A DNA stretch of 64,000 nucleotides, taken from contig NIVC01003019.1 of assembly GCA_002269645.1 (NCBI GenBank), forward strand, positions 1 to 64,000, in the 5' to 3' direction. The translations under genes and the position numbers were made by a program. Below, in pieces: positions 49,612 to 62,379 of the stretch. The DNA is from Macrostomum lignano (Eukaryota). The notes below the pieces were generated by a model. It was not told where the DNA came from, ran no database searches, and was given only the letters and a program-made list of their open reading frames with translations. The first letter of the stretch is position 1. Each line of letters begins with the position of its first letter.

Positions 49612-50290
49612 TTCATGAGATAGGGCAGCTTCATGAGATAGGGGAGATTCATGAGATGGGGGATATTCATGAGATAGGGGAGATTCATGAGATAGGGGAG
49701 ATTCATGAGATAGGGGAGATTCATGAGATAGGGGAAATTCATGAGATAGGGGAGATTCATGAGATAGGGGAGATTCATGAGATAGGGAAGCTTCATAAGA
49801 TAGGGGAGATTCATGAGATAGGGGAGCTTCATGAGATAGGGGAGATTCATGAGATAGGGGAGATTCATGAGATAGGGGAGATTCATGAGATAGGGGACAT
49901 TCATGAGATAGGGGAGCTTCATGAGATAGGGGACATTCATGAGATAGGGGGGATTCATGAGATAGGGGAGATTCATGAGATAGGGGAGATTCATGAGATA
50001 GGGGAGATTCATGAGATAGGGGAGATTCATGAGATGGGGGATATTCATGAGATAGGGGAGCTTCATGAGATAGGGGACATTCATGAGATAGGGGAGATTC
50101 ATGAGATAGGGGAGATTCATGAGATAGGGGAGATTCATGAGATAGGGGACATTCATGAGATAGGGGAGATTCATGAGATAGGGGAGATTCATGAGATAGG
50201 GGAGATTCATGAGATGGGGGACATTCATGAGATAGGGGAGATTCATGAGATTCATGAGATTTGTGAGATTCGTGAGATTCATGAGATTGA
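49612..50290 (+). repeat. 18-bp minisatellite ttcatgagataggggaga
   Basis: Direct reading. Confidence 0.92.
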
Positions 50291-50565
50291 GAATAAAAAA
50301 TATCGGAGCTTTATTGGAAATGGGCAGCAGTGGCAAGGAGACTCGATCCAAGTGAAGAGTAAATGACTGACAAGCGCCATGCAGTGTAAAGGACAAATGC
50401 AGTCAATACTGCTGTTGTGGAAGTGATGGAAATTCACTTGCTGCATAGGAGAAGGCGGACGGCGTCAGAGTTGGGATAAAGAACTCAATCAGTTGGGTTT
50501 CCGCTAGAGGCAAAGTAATTAACTGGGACAGTGAGATGCTGGATGGCGGATGCAGCGTTTGCTAA

Positions 50566-51637
<1,072 letters not shown>

Positions 51638-52409
51638 AGTGCCTCGCTCGTGCTTAAGAGTCAGCCATTTCGAACTTGGCAGCAGAGGATTAGGAAGAAC
51701 AGTAGGAGGGAATGGCTGCAAGGGGTTTGAAGTTGGTCTCTGTGCCAGTGTAGTATTTCACATGAATATCCATATACTGGTATATATATATGTGTGTACA
51801 TACCCCCTGAGAGCAGATCGCAGCCCGGAGTCCAGTCAGTGCCAGTTGTATGGCAGGGCTGACACCGGAGGGTAGAGAGGTCTTAATTAATTATTTATTG
51901 TAAGCCACGGGCCGCCTCCCCACCATCTCGCATCTTCCCTCTCCCGCCCAGGCTCTACTTCTTCAGCAGCAAGCGGTCAGCAATCCCAGCGGCTGGCAGT
52001 CCGGCATGACCACAGGGTTGCCTTCAACAAAACGTGGAGACCCAATAAAAGTCATATACATCCTTATGCAGCCCGGTCATTGCACTGAAGTAAGCTTAAA
52101 AGTTTCTTAAGAATTAAAGAGCTAACTAAATAAGAGTTTACTGTGTTTAGATACTTAGAGCTACTATATCTATAGACAGTTGATAAGTTAAACAAATTCA
52201 CTGGTGCCAAGAAGTTAGCGAGGAAATTGCATGCACCATTCCAGGGTGTCAGAAAGTGAGAGTGGAGAGCAATTAAGGGGAACTGGGAGTGTTTTAGACT
52301 GAGCATCCGGCCCTATTAGTTATGGCGACTGAGACTGGCAATAAAAAAGTGGTTGAAAGTGTTTCTTAAGCTTAGTAGAGCTTACCCGCATAAACCACTG
52401 TCTGTGGTT

Positions 52410-53100
52410 TATCGATCACAGATCACAGAATCGGAGTTAAGGAGGGCGATGACCGATCACAGAATCGGAGTTAAGGAGGGCGATGACAGAATCGATGAGG
52501 TGGAGGGCGATGACCGATCATAGAATCGGTGAGGTGAAGGGCGATGACCGATCATATAATCGATGAAGTGGAGGGCGATGACCGATCATAGAATCGTTGA
52601 GGTGAAAGGCGATGACCGATCATATAATCGATGAGGTGGAGGGCGATGACCGATCGCAGAATCGGAGTCGAGGAGGGCGATGACCGATCACAGAATCGAA
52701 GCGAAGGAGGGCGATGACCGATCACAGAATCGGAGCGAAGGAGGGCGATGACCGATCACAGAATCGGAGCGAAGGAGGGCGATGACCGATCATAGAATCG
52801 GAGTTAAGGAGAACGATGACCGATCATAGAATCGGAGTCAAGGAGGGCGATGACCGATCATAGAATCGGAGTCAAGGAGGGCGATGACCGATCACAGAAT
52901 CGGAGCGAAGGAGGGCGATGACCGATCACAGAATCGGAGCGAAGGAGGGCGATGACCGATCACAGAATCGGAGCGAAGGAGGGCGATGACCGATCACAGA
53001 ATTGGAGCGAAGGGGGGCGATGATCGATCATAGAATCGGAGTTGAGGGGGGCGATGATCGATCATAGAATCGGAGCTGAGGGGGGCGATGACCGATCACA
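52410..53100 (+). repeat. 34-bp minisatellite gatgaccgatcacagaatcggagcgaaggagggc
   Basis: Direct reading; about 20 copies. Confidence 0.92.
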
Positions 53101-54807
53101 GGTATCTTTTAAATGTCTAATTGAGTCAAACAGGTGCAGAGATCTCACCTTTGTTAACAGCCGGTTAAGAATTTGGACAAAAGCTAATTAGGAGCAATAT
53201 TTTAAATTAGTTGACGAGTCGATAAAAAATCTGACGCATGTTGCGTTAAATTTTTCGGTTGAGCAAAGCTAAACCAGAAGCCGCTGTCTGTGACCCGTTC
53301 TGCAATTTTATAGCCAAATAGGCGGTGGATAACAATTTTTTTGGCAGGAGTGGCGTGGAACAGCAGAAACCCATCTCTATCCGGCTTTGAGAAGGGCAGG
53401 GATGGCGGAGGGAGACGGCTGAGAGGGTGAAGGGTTGACTGAAGGGGGGCGAGGTGGGGGGGGGGGCTCTGACCCCGCACTAGCGGGCTGGGGGGAATCC
53501 GCATCTTCTCAAACACCCCACGAAAGTCGCGAATCAGACTCAGCTCCGCCTACCCCATCCTCTCTTCTCTCCTGGCTCTTCTGTCGTCTGCTTTTCCTTC
53601 CCCCCTCTGCGCCGGCTTTTCCCGGCTTCAACTGGAAACTGGGAGGCGGGCAGGGGGAGACAGCATTGCCAGCATCCAGCTCTTCCATAGGGAGCTGTAC
53701 TCAACCTCCCGGTCGGACATGAAGCTTCATTCTCTTTGCACTCTTGACTCTCCCCATGCTCTGTCCCGGGTTTCTCTTGCCCTATCCTGCACCCCCCCCC
53801 CAGTGCACTCGGGTGGCGAACGAGCTTTCTCGCGCCTGCTCAATTAAGAAACTCAGACAGAATTTCGTTCTGTACGCTTTCACCCCAGCGTCCAGCTATT
53901 TCAGTGGCACACTTTTGCGTGCAAGGAGAATATCGCCGCTTAGGGGGGGGGGATAAATTTAGAAATCCCCTCAGTCCAAACTCTCCCTCTAACCACCAGC
54001 CAGCTCGAAATGAGCGCCTCACGATGGCCCCGAGCGCATCTCCTGATCGCCACCCCGCCCACCAGCAAAGTGTAACTATTACTCCGAGGCCGAGTGCAGA
54101 TGGACAGATACCCCCTCCTGAGACAGCCAGAGTCCTGCACCACCCACTCCGAATTGGCGATCCCAATAAAGCCGGCTAAAATCCCCAACCCGCACCTCGA
54201 GAGCCACCCAGTATTCGAGAGCTATGACTATAAATACTCGGACAGAATTCCTTCTGCATCCCTATTTTTTGCTCGATTGCTGAGACTGGCCCCAGCTGGG
54301 AGATATTAGCCCGGGGGCAAACCGCCACAGAGAGTGCACACATTCCTGCGGCGACAAATGGGCAGAATTGTCGTCAGCTCTGGTTGTGATACGATGTCTT
54401 CCAAAGGTTGCTTGCAGCTGCACAGAGATGCCAGAGCCAAATTTGCTGTACAAAACGGGAGATGATTGCATGGCTTCAGTGCACCTTCCAAACTATCGTT
54501 CCCAGCAGACAGGCAGCTATCAATTATTTTCTCTCACTCCACTTGAGATCTACAACAGACAAATGACAAAAGTGACGATATAAAAAAGCGTTTGCTATTT
54601 TTAAAAATGAAACTGCTTATCAAACAATTTGAAAGGATCAATTTAAAAAAATGCTTCAACTCGCGCGCCAACATGGGATTGTGTTTCTGTACGAGCTACT
54701 TGAAGTAGCCTGACTATAGGTCAACAACTAAAATACGGTCGATGTGAACGTTCGAAGCTACTACATGAACTGTGACGAAAATAATATAATAGTAATAATT
54801 GATTAAA

Positions 54808-55082
54808 CCTGCACTAAATGGGCAGATGTGCAACCGACAGCTCAGCCGCAGCTATTGCGCGGCGCATCTGAAGGCTGCGTACGGCTGTTCAGTCTAAGGA
54901 CTGGGGGGTCGCCACACACACACCCTCAATTACCCCAGCTAATGCTGGCAACCATTTTACAGCTGGGTGAAGCAGAGTTAAGTATTTTGCTCAAGGATAC
55001 AAATTTTTCCGATTGAGTCGAGAATCGAACCCCCGACCTTTCAGTCGTGAGTCCGACGCTCTGACCACTATAGGCTGCAACC
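54808..55082 (-). mobile_element. SINE family B copy
   Basis: Reverse complement matches 6770-7052 over its full length. Confidence 0.78.
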
Positions 55083-56414
55083 CCGTAGTGACCAATGAAT
55101 TTTTTATAGTTTCGACTTGAGAAGCCAGTCTTGACTTTGGAGTTGACTTTGAGACGTAACTTTACCCCCCCTGAAAGACGTATATGGGGAATTCCTTTAA
55201 AATATGACCTTTACCTTGACCGTGAACATAAAGGATAAAATAGTATAGCTTCTTCCTCTTTGTCATGGCTAGATGTGTGCGTATCGATTTAAAGACTATC
55301 TATGTAGACCAAAATAACTTGTCCAGACTATCCAGTGTTGGTGTGCATATGGCCCTATATCTATTCGTACATGCCTTCTCGTTAAAACACTTCCTAATGC
55401 TAAGAGGATTAATTATTCGAAAGATTCTTCACAATACGCTCGTTCGATTGGCGATCAAAGCATTCCGAAAAAAACTTGAGTGGTCATAGGTCAGTTGATC
55501 TCAAATCAACTCCGCCTCTGGCTACGGCTACTGCATCGTGTCCGAAGGAAGAACCGTGGCGACCTTCTCCCAGCACACCGGAACCTGCTCTACCGTTGTC
55601 CAGAACGAACTTCTCGCCATCAGCTGCTGTCACCACTCGGATCAACCAGTGGGTGGCTTCAAAGCACAGGGAGAGGTGGGCTAACGCCCCCGACTGCCGG
55701 CAATCCCGCGCGGCTGCCCCCTGTCTTTGACCCGCCCTCCGCAGGGCCCTGCATGCTTGGACTCAACCTCAGGGACATCAGGGCGGTGACCATGGCTCTC
55801 TCGGGTCGTGGCTGTTTTGCCAGGCATCGCCACTTCCGGGGAAAATCCATAGTGAGAAATGCCCATGCTGCCTCTTCGGTGTTGAGCATGCGGAGCACTT
55901 CATTTGTGAATGCTTCACCTTTACTCAGGACAGGCTCACCTACCTCGGACAAAACCCTGGACGCTTCCAGGCCCGAGAGTTTCGATCTCTGCCAGCTCGT
56001 CCGCTACCTAAGGACGAGCGACCATCCACCTCCTGGACTCTTCAGAGGGGGACCGCGCTGCGGACACCGGCACCACTGGATCTCCCTGCACGACACCGCA
56101 GCACCAGCTGCCCGTGGTCGCCAGGGGTTAGCTAGAGCGACGAGATCTCTACAATCGTAGAGATTACAAGGCTCTGTAATGTCCGGGTAAATCTCAGCAG
56201 AAAAGACGTGCGGGCCATCACCATGACCTTCACGGTGCTACGCCAAGCATTGTTTTTTCCGCCTAGACATTAAAAATAACAAGCATTTTGTCTGCCAATT
56301 TCCAGTCTTTAACAAGGATCGACTGCAATACCTTGGGCCAAAGCCATGCTTGGGAATACGTCCATGAAATAGGTCTTAGTGTCTGTCTGTGCTAATGGCC
56401 TTCCGTTTTAGTAC

Positions 56415-56815
56415 CTGTCAGTGCTAGTGCCTTTCCATCTTAGTATCCGTCTGTGCTAGTGCAATTCCATCTTATTATCCATCTGTGCTAGTGCAATTCC
56501 ATCTTAGTATCCGTCTGTGCTAGTGCAATTCCATCTTAGTATCCGTCTGTGCTAGTGCAATTCCATTTTAGTATCCATCTGTGCTAGTGCTATTCCATCT
56601 TAGTATCCATCTGTGCTAGTGCCCTTCCATCTTAGTATCCGTCTGTGCTAGTGCAATTCCATCTTAGTATCCGTCTGTGCTAGTGCTATTCCATCTTAGT
56701 ATCCGTCTGTGCTAGTGCAATTCCATTTTAGTATCCGTCTGTGCTAGTGCCCTTTCATCTTAGTATCCGTCTGTGCTAGTGCTATTCCATCTTAGTATCC
56801 GTCTAAGTATCTTAG
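56415..56815 (+). repeat. 32-bp minisatellite tccatcttagtatccgtctgtgctagtgcaat
   Basis: Direct reading. Confidence 0.9.
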
Positions 56816-57000
56816 TATCCGAAACAATAACTCTTTAAATAATCTGAATGACTCTTTCACCCGGATGGTAAAAGCTGACTTTACAGCTGCGGTGCCACGA
56901 CAGTATATTTTTTCGTTTGAAATCGAATGGTTCAATCTTTAGCTTATCTTTAAATCAGCTTTAGTTTGTGTTAAAGAATAGCAACTCGACTTGTTGCAAG

Positions 57001-57872
57001 TTAGTAACGATAGGGGCCATTGTACCTGGCCGTCGACCGGAAACGCATGGCGGAGCCGAGGTAGCGCTTGCCCTGCCGCTGGTACCAGTTCGGCCAGGAG
57101 TACCGCCACCGACGTTCGCCTCCAAAACGAACGGCGGCGCCAAGATGTCTTTTAACCAGCTGTTCAGCAGAATCCTCCAAATCGTTGTTAGCGTCTTGGT
57201 CAATGTTGTGCGCAACACCTGTATCGAAGTACCAGTCAGCAAGGTAAGGCAGATTGTAGCTTCGCTTGTAATTAGGCACGCTCCAACGCCAGGGCGTGCC
57301 GACGTGACGCTTGAAACGGAGTCTCATAGCAGAGCCCATGTTCTTCTTGCTTCGGAGTCTCATCGCAGAGCCCATGTTCTTCTTGCTTCGGAGTCTCATA
57401 GCCGAGCCTAAGTACTTCTTGCCTCGAAGTCTCATGGCAGAAGCCATGCTCTTTTTGCCTCGAAATCTCATGGCAGAGCCCATGTTCTTCTTGCCTCGAA
57501 ATCTCATGGCAGAACCCATGTTCTTCTTGCTTCGGAGTCTCGTGGCAGAACCCATGTTCTTCTTGCTTCGGAGTCTCATGGCAGAACCCATGTTCTTCTT
57601 GCTTCGGAGTCTCATAGCAGCGCCCAAGTACCGTTTCACCTGCTCAATTCGATTTATCAGGTCGCTTGAAGCGCTTTGAGAAAATTCCTGCAGCGTTGGC
57701 TCATTGTCAATCGAATTGGCGCTCTGAAATCAATTGATTAGCGATGCAGATTGAGTGAGGGCTAGTTTGAAATGATTAAAAATATAGGTGCAACTCGGTA
57801 AGTAGGACTCACCTCGGCGATCACGGCAAGTGCGCTGCACAGAAGCAACATCAGTAGAGCTGCCCGGGTCAT
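57001..57872 (-). CDS. Neuropeptide precursor (260 aa), exons 57872-57813 and 57723-57001
   Basis: Signal peptide MTRAALLMLLLCSALAVIAE (not in the ORF track); 89-nt GT-AG intron in phase 0; repeated peptides separated by KK/KR; several G-KK/G-KR amidation signals. Confidence 0.9.
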
Positions 57873-58796
57873 TTCTCAGTAAGGTGGAGTTTTGCGAGGC
57901 CTGAAATGTTGGAGATAAAACAGTAGCGACTTCGCTAAAAATTTCTGTCACGTCTGATCAAGCTGTCTGATTTTGAGCTGAATAAATTAGACAAATTTTA
58001 CAGCTTCATAACAAGCTGAGTGAAACGTTTTCTTTCCTAGAAATGATTTGTTTTCAAAATCAGGCATCACGCAAAGCAGTAGAGGTCTTGAGCAGCTTTG
58101 CGAGTCCACAGCAGCATTCCGATGCCAAATTTGAATTTGAGAAGCTCTCGCGGAGACCGCTAGGATTACCCAGAGCGATTGCACAAGACATTTGCTTAAT
58201 CTCAATCCCTGTTAATTCTGCTCGGGTAGCACAAGCTGTCAGCGGATTTGTGCATAATCTAAAATATGCTTCATCACGTAATTACTGCAAGCCTAATGGA
58301 GCCCAACAACCAAATGGCTATAAATCCGCTCTACGAGTATGCTTGAGTCTCGCTTAGCGAGTTCATTGAGTAAGCAGTCTGGCTGAGTTACAGACAGCCA
58401 CCTGCAGCCTGTAGTTGCTACGCTAGACTTACTCAGTAGGCGAATGAAGTTCTGCAGCCTTGATCGAGTCTGTGTTTGAAATCTGTCTTTATTCAATGAG
58501 CAGAAAAAATTCTATGTCGAATTCTAGGGGGAACGGAGGCGAAGTTCAAGTGGAGAGGGAACGCGAAAGATTTTCGTCGCTTTTATTTTTCACTACTCGA
58601 AACTGAGACTACTGAGAAAACTGGATGGGCTGAGACCGTCAGGTACAACCAATGAGAACGCGTCTTGGTGAGAATGAAGCTCAGTACAAGCTCAGAAAAT
58701 GCTGCACCGAAAAATCCTCATTGGTCATTTCAGGGAGTCGAATTTAAAAAAGTTTGAGCTCAGGTTCGAGAATAGAGTTCAGTTTCAGATTCGAGT

Positions 58797-59115
58797 TCGG
58801 GTAGGGCTTAGGTTCGGTATTTGAGTAGGGTTTAGGTTCGGTATTTGAGTAGGGTTTAGGTTCGGTATTTGAGTAGGGTTTAGGTTCGGTATTTGAGTAG
58901 GGTTTAGGTTCGGTATTTGAGTAGGGTTTAGGTTCGGTATTTGAGTAGGGCTTAGGTTCGGTATTTGAGTAGGGTTTAGGTTCGGTATTTGAGTAGGGTT
59001 TAGGTTCGGATTTCGGGTAGGGTTTAGGTTCGGGATTCGGGTAGGGTTTAGGTTCGGGTTTCGGGTAGGGTTAAGGTTCGGGATTTGGGTAGGGTTTAGG
59101 TTCTGGATTGGAGTA
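58797..59115 (+). repeat. 24-bp minisatellite gtagggtttaggttcggtatttga (telomere-like hexamer substructure)
   Basis: Direct reading. Confidence 0.88.
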
Positions 59116-59509
59116 GAGTTTCGGATTCGAGTTTAGACTCAAGCTTCGAGCTTCTAGTTCAGGTTTAACGATTTTCAATTCGAAGTTTAGAGAGCCGCTA
59201 TGAAAATTTCGGAAGAAAAGTGCATTCAGAAATTTTTTCTGGTCCGATTTGTTCTATTTCTTGGAATGAGATACTCCCCTCATCCCATTCTCAACATGGA
59301 GAGGCGCGATAATAATCAGTTTGCTGTGAGTCCGTGAACGAGTAGGTTAATCCCAAGAGAAAGGCAGTCGTCTTCTGCGGGGGGAGAGGGCAATCTGTTC
59401 TTGGGGAAGGCAATGCTTCGAGCGTCCTTGGCTATTTTATCTCAGACTCTGCTAGAGCGAAAGAGATCTTCAGGGCGCTCTCTGAAAGAAGCAACGATAT
59501 TGCGGACAT

Positions 59510-60060
59510 GTAGTCTGACCAACATTGTGTCGACTCGCTAATATTTGTGTCAGTAGTCTGACCGACATTGTGCCAGACTGGCTAATATTTGTGTCAGTAG
59601 TTTGACCAAAATTGTGTCAGACTGGCTAATATTTGTGTCAGTAGTTTGACCGACATTGTGTGAGCTTCGCTAATATTTGTGTCATTAGTTTGACCAAAAT
59701 TGTGTCAGACTGGCTAATATTTGTGCCAGTAGTTTGACCAAAATTGTGTCAGACTGGCTAATATTTGTGTCAGTAGTTTGACCAAAATTGTGTCAGACTG
59801 GCTAATATTTGTGTCAGTAGTTTGACCGACATTGTGTGAGCTTCGCTAATATTTGTGTCAGTAGTTTGACCAAAATTGTGTCAGACTGGCTAATATTTGT
59901 GTCAGTAGTTTGACCAAAATTGTGTCAGACTGGCTAATATTTGTGTCAGTAGTTTGACCGACATTGTGTCAGACTGGCTAATATTTGTGTCAGTAGTTTG
60001 ACCGACATTGTGTCAGATTGGCTAATATTTGTGTCAGTTAACTAGCTGATATTGTGTCAG
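59510..60060 (+). repeat. 44-bp minisatellite ttgtgtcagactggctaatatttgtgtcagtagtttgaccaaaa
   Basis: Direct reading; internal ttgtgtcag duplication. Confidence 0.9.
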
Positions 60061-60442
60061 GTTACTAGTCTTGGAAAAGCGCAAAACCAAAGGAACAATA
60101 TAAAATTTTCCAAATCAAAAATATAAAAACATTTTTTTCAAATTTAGAGGCTGGTTATTCATTGTCACGTATTCTCTGTCTTTTTATTAAAATGAGGGCG
60201 AAAGAGTTAAAATTAGGATATGCATTTATTGGCTCAACCGCAATGCTTCTCGTTGCATCAATTGGCGAATGTGTTAAGGTCGTTGTTAAACTGTTTGTTT
60301 AACGTTTAACTAGGGAGTAGGTCCATTTTGTAAACATTGTGCATTCAAAGCGGAACCAGAATGGATTGCTAATCTATTTCTATCAATCTAGAATCATAAT
60401 GGATTGCTAATCTATTTTACTATTGTATAAACTAATAGGGGG

Positions 60443-60742
60443 GGGGGCGTAGCCCAGCGGTGGCGCAGCTGCTCTGGTGTGCCAGCGACCCAGGCTCGAT
60501 TCCAAGTGCAGTCACGGGGCTGAATTGGAATCTCGGCTTGGCTCTGCTCGTGCAATTAACGGCCTTGAGGGCCAACCCCCCAAGGCGCAGTGAAGTGTAC
60601 ATGCCTAACGATAATATAAAGTTAGGGCCGCTGTACACTCCTGTGTGAGTGTGTGCCTGCGTACGTATCCGAGCGCTTGTATGCCTGCTCAGGGGAGTCG
60701 GCGGAATGGGCAGTAATGCCTCTCGCCGGTTGTGTGCCAATG
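60443..60742 (+). mobile_element. SINE family A, 5-prime part (interrupted)
   Basis: Same head and body as 24965-24660 in the opposite orientation. Confidence 0.8.
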
Positions 60743-62003
60743 GTATATTCTTCTGCAGTCGGGATGCATGATATCGGTATAACACGCGAGCGCCGGTAGG
60801 CGCGAGTCGTGTTATTCCAATATCATGCATCCCGACTGCAGAAAAGTGCATTGACTAGTGTTTCCAAATAGGCTAGTTGTTTATGATCGAGAAAGACAAC
60901 GCAGTCTCAGTAGAATCTGTCTAGTTCAATTTTGTTATGTCATTTATCTCTCTCCCTCGCTGCCTTCTGATTGGCTCTCAGTTCTCGCCTCTTTCCTCGG
61001 TTGCGGACTCCACCCCACCCCCTGTCTTATCTTACACCCCCTCCAGTATATTTGAATAAATATACCCGTTTAGGCCCTGCGCTTCGCTATCGTTTTTTTC
61101 CGAAGCCTCTCCAAGGCCAATCTTTAAAACCGTACCGTTTCTCCGAGAAGACCGCTCGAGGATATCGATTCCTTCAAGAGTTTATGAAGAAACTTAGTGC
61201 GAGGGCCGGTCTAAGCAAGGTCTACACTAATCACTGTATTAGGTAAGTAAATTTCTTTTCCGATATGGTATATAAATAGTATATAAATAGTATATTTATA
61301 AATAATAGTTTTAACTAGTTCATGTAAAATTACTTTCCTTTGATTCTCCCACAGAGTCACTAGAGTGTGCGATCTAGACGCCGCTGGCCATTCGCTGCAA
61401 GACATAATGCTTATTACCGGTCAGAAATGTGAGAAGACGGTCAAAAGGTATTTAACCAGGTGCCGGGACCGCAGTCTGTTCAGGAGTTCCAAGGCAGTGA
61501 ACTGTGCACTAAGCCGGCATATTCCAAGCACAAGCACAATGCCGTCCAATGAGGCGTCTTTCTCTGCTAATGCGAGCGGCTCTATCAGTTCTACTGTCTG
61601 CACGCAAGTGATGACGGATCACCAGTTGCAATGCCACCCCACAATCAATTGACGAGCCGGTTCCTCGGCCAGTTCATATCGAGGCCTGTACGTCCGACCA
61701 AGAATATGCGTGTTTGCATTGACGGCAACAACAATTTTATTAACACTGTGTTTGAGTAGGGCGTATCTATCAAAAATACTAATTCTTCGAGAGAAACTAT
61801 GGCTTTAGACTTTTCCCCCTCATTTTCATGCTATAAGTAGTTGTTGTTTATAATTTACAATTATAAACCGGATAAATAAAAAATTAATCATCTAATAATT
61901 AATTTTTGTGTCATCTAAAAACTCGTTAAACTAATGTTTTTTTCTATGGACAATAGCACGCATCCCGCGTGCGTGTTAATGGGTAGCGAAATGCTTGTCA
62001 ATG
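60738..62003 (+). mobile_element. Crypton-like insertion (1,261 bp) carrying a tyrosine recombinase C-terminal fragment
   Basis: Splits a SINE and has CAATG at both junctions. Coding part ~61020-61242 (PPVYLNKY...FFPKP...FMKKLSARAGLSKVYTNHCIR), intron 61243-61354, then VTRVCDLDAAGHSLQDIMLITGQKCEKTVKRY to 61652. Confidence 0.75.
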
Positions 62004-62057
62004 TCGCTTAAAGTGCGCCAGGGTGCACACAACCCCCTGCCTCTAATAAAAAAATAA
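62004..62057 (+). mobile_element. SINE family A, 3-prime tail of the interrupted copy
   Basis: tcgcttaaagtgcgccagggtgcacacaaccccctgcctctaataaaa continues exactly where the 5-prime part stops, by comparison with the intact copy. Confidence 0.85.
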
Positions 62058-62379
62058 TAAACTAATACTATATTCGTGAACTAGTTACAATTATTAAACA
62101 GTAACTTGCATATTATAAGCACAACAAATTTTTTTTCTCAAATTATATGCAGCCTCTCAAATTTCTTTCTGAAAAATAAAAAAATCTGAGCAAACATCAC
62201 ATAATTATCTTGGCGATGAGTTTTCTTTCCTAAGCTAGTTTGCTATTGAAAGCAAAGAGAAATGTTTGTACGCTCAAGGAAATTTGATATATAGTAGGTC
62301 AAAGTTATTGATAGGACCTAGAATTTCTCTTGTAAAATTGTTGAATACAAACCCTGGTTTGTATTCTGTAAATGTCTCT

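Noticed and set aside
49596-50396. (HEIGEI)n and (MNLPYL)n ORFs as a repeat protein or peptide precursor
   Set aside because: An 18-bp minisatellite open on both strands; no signal peptide, no dibasic sites and no splice support. The NLPYL match to the neuropeptide spacer looks coincidental.
52410-53100. CRISPR-like array (34-bp period; also the 32-bp and 44-bp arrays)
   Set aside because: Units are head-to-tail with no unique spacers; eukaryotic context; no cas genes.
57987-58205. Alternative signal-peptide exon for the neuropeptide
   Set aside because: Non-ATG start and no good in-frame donor; a proper ATG signal peptide exists at 57872.
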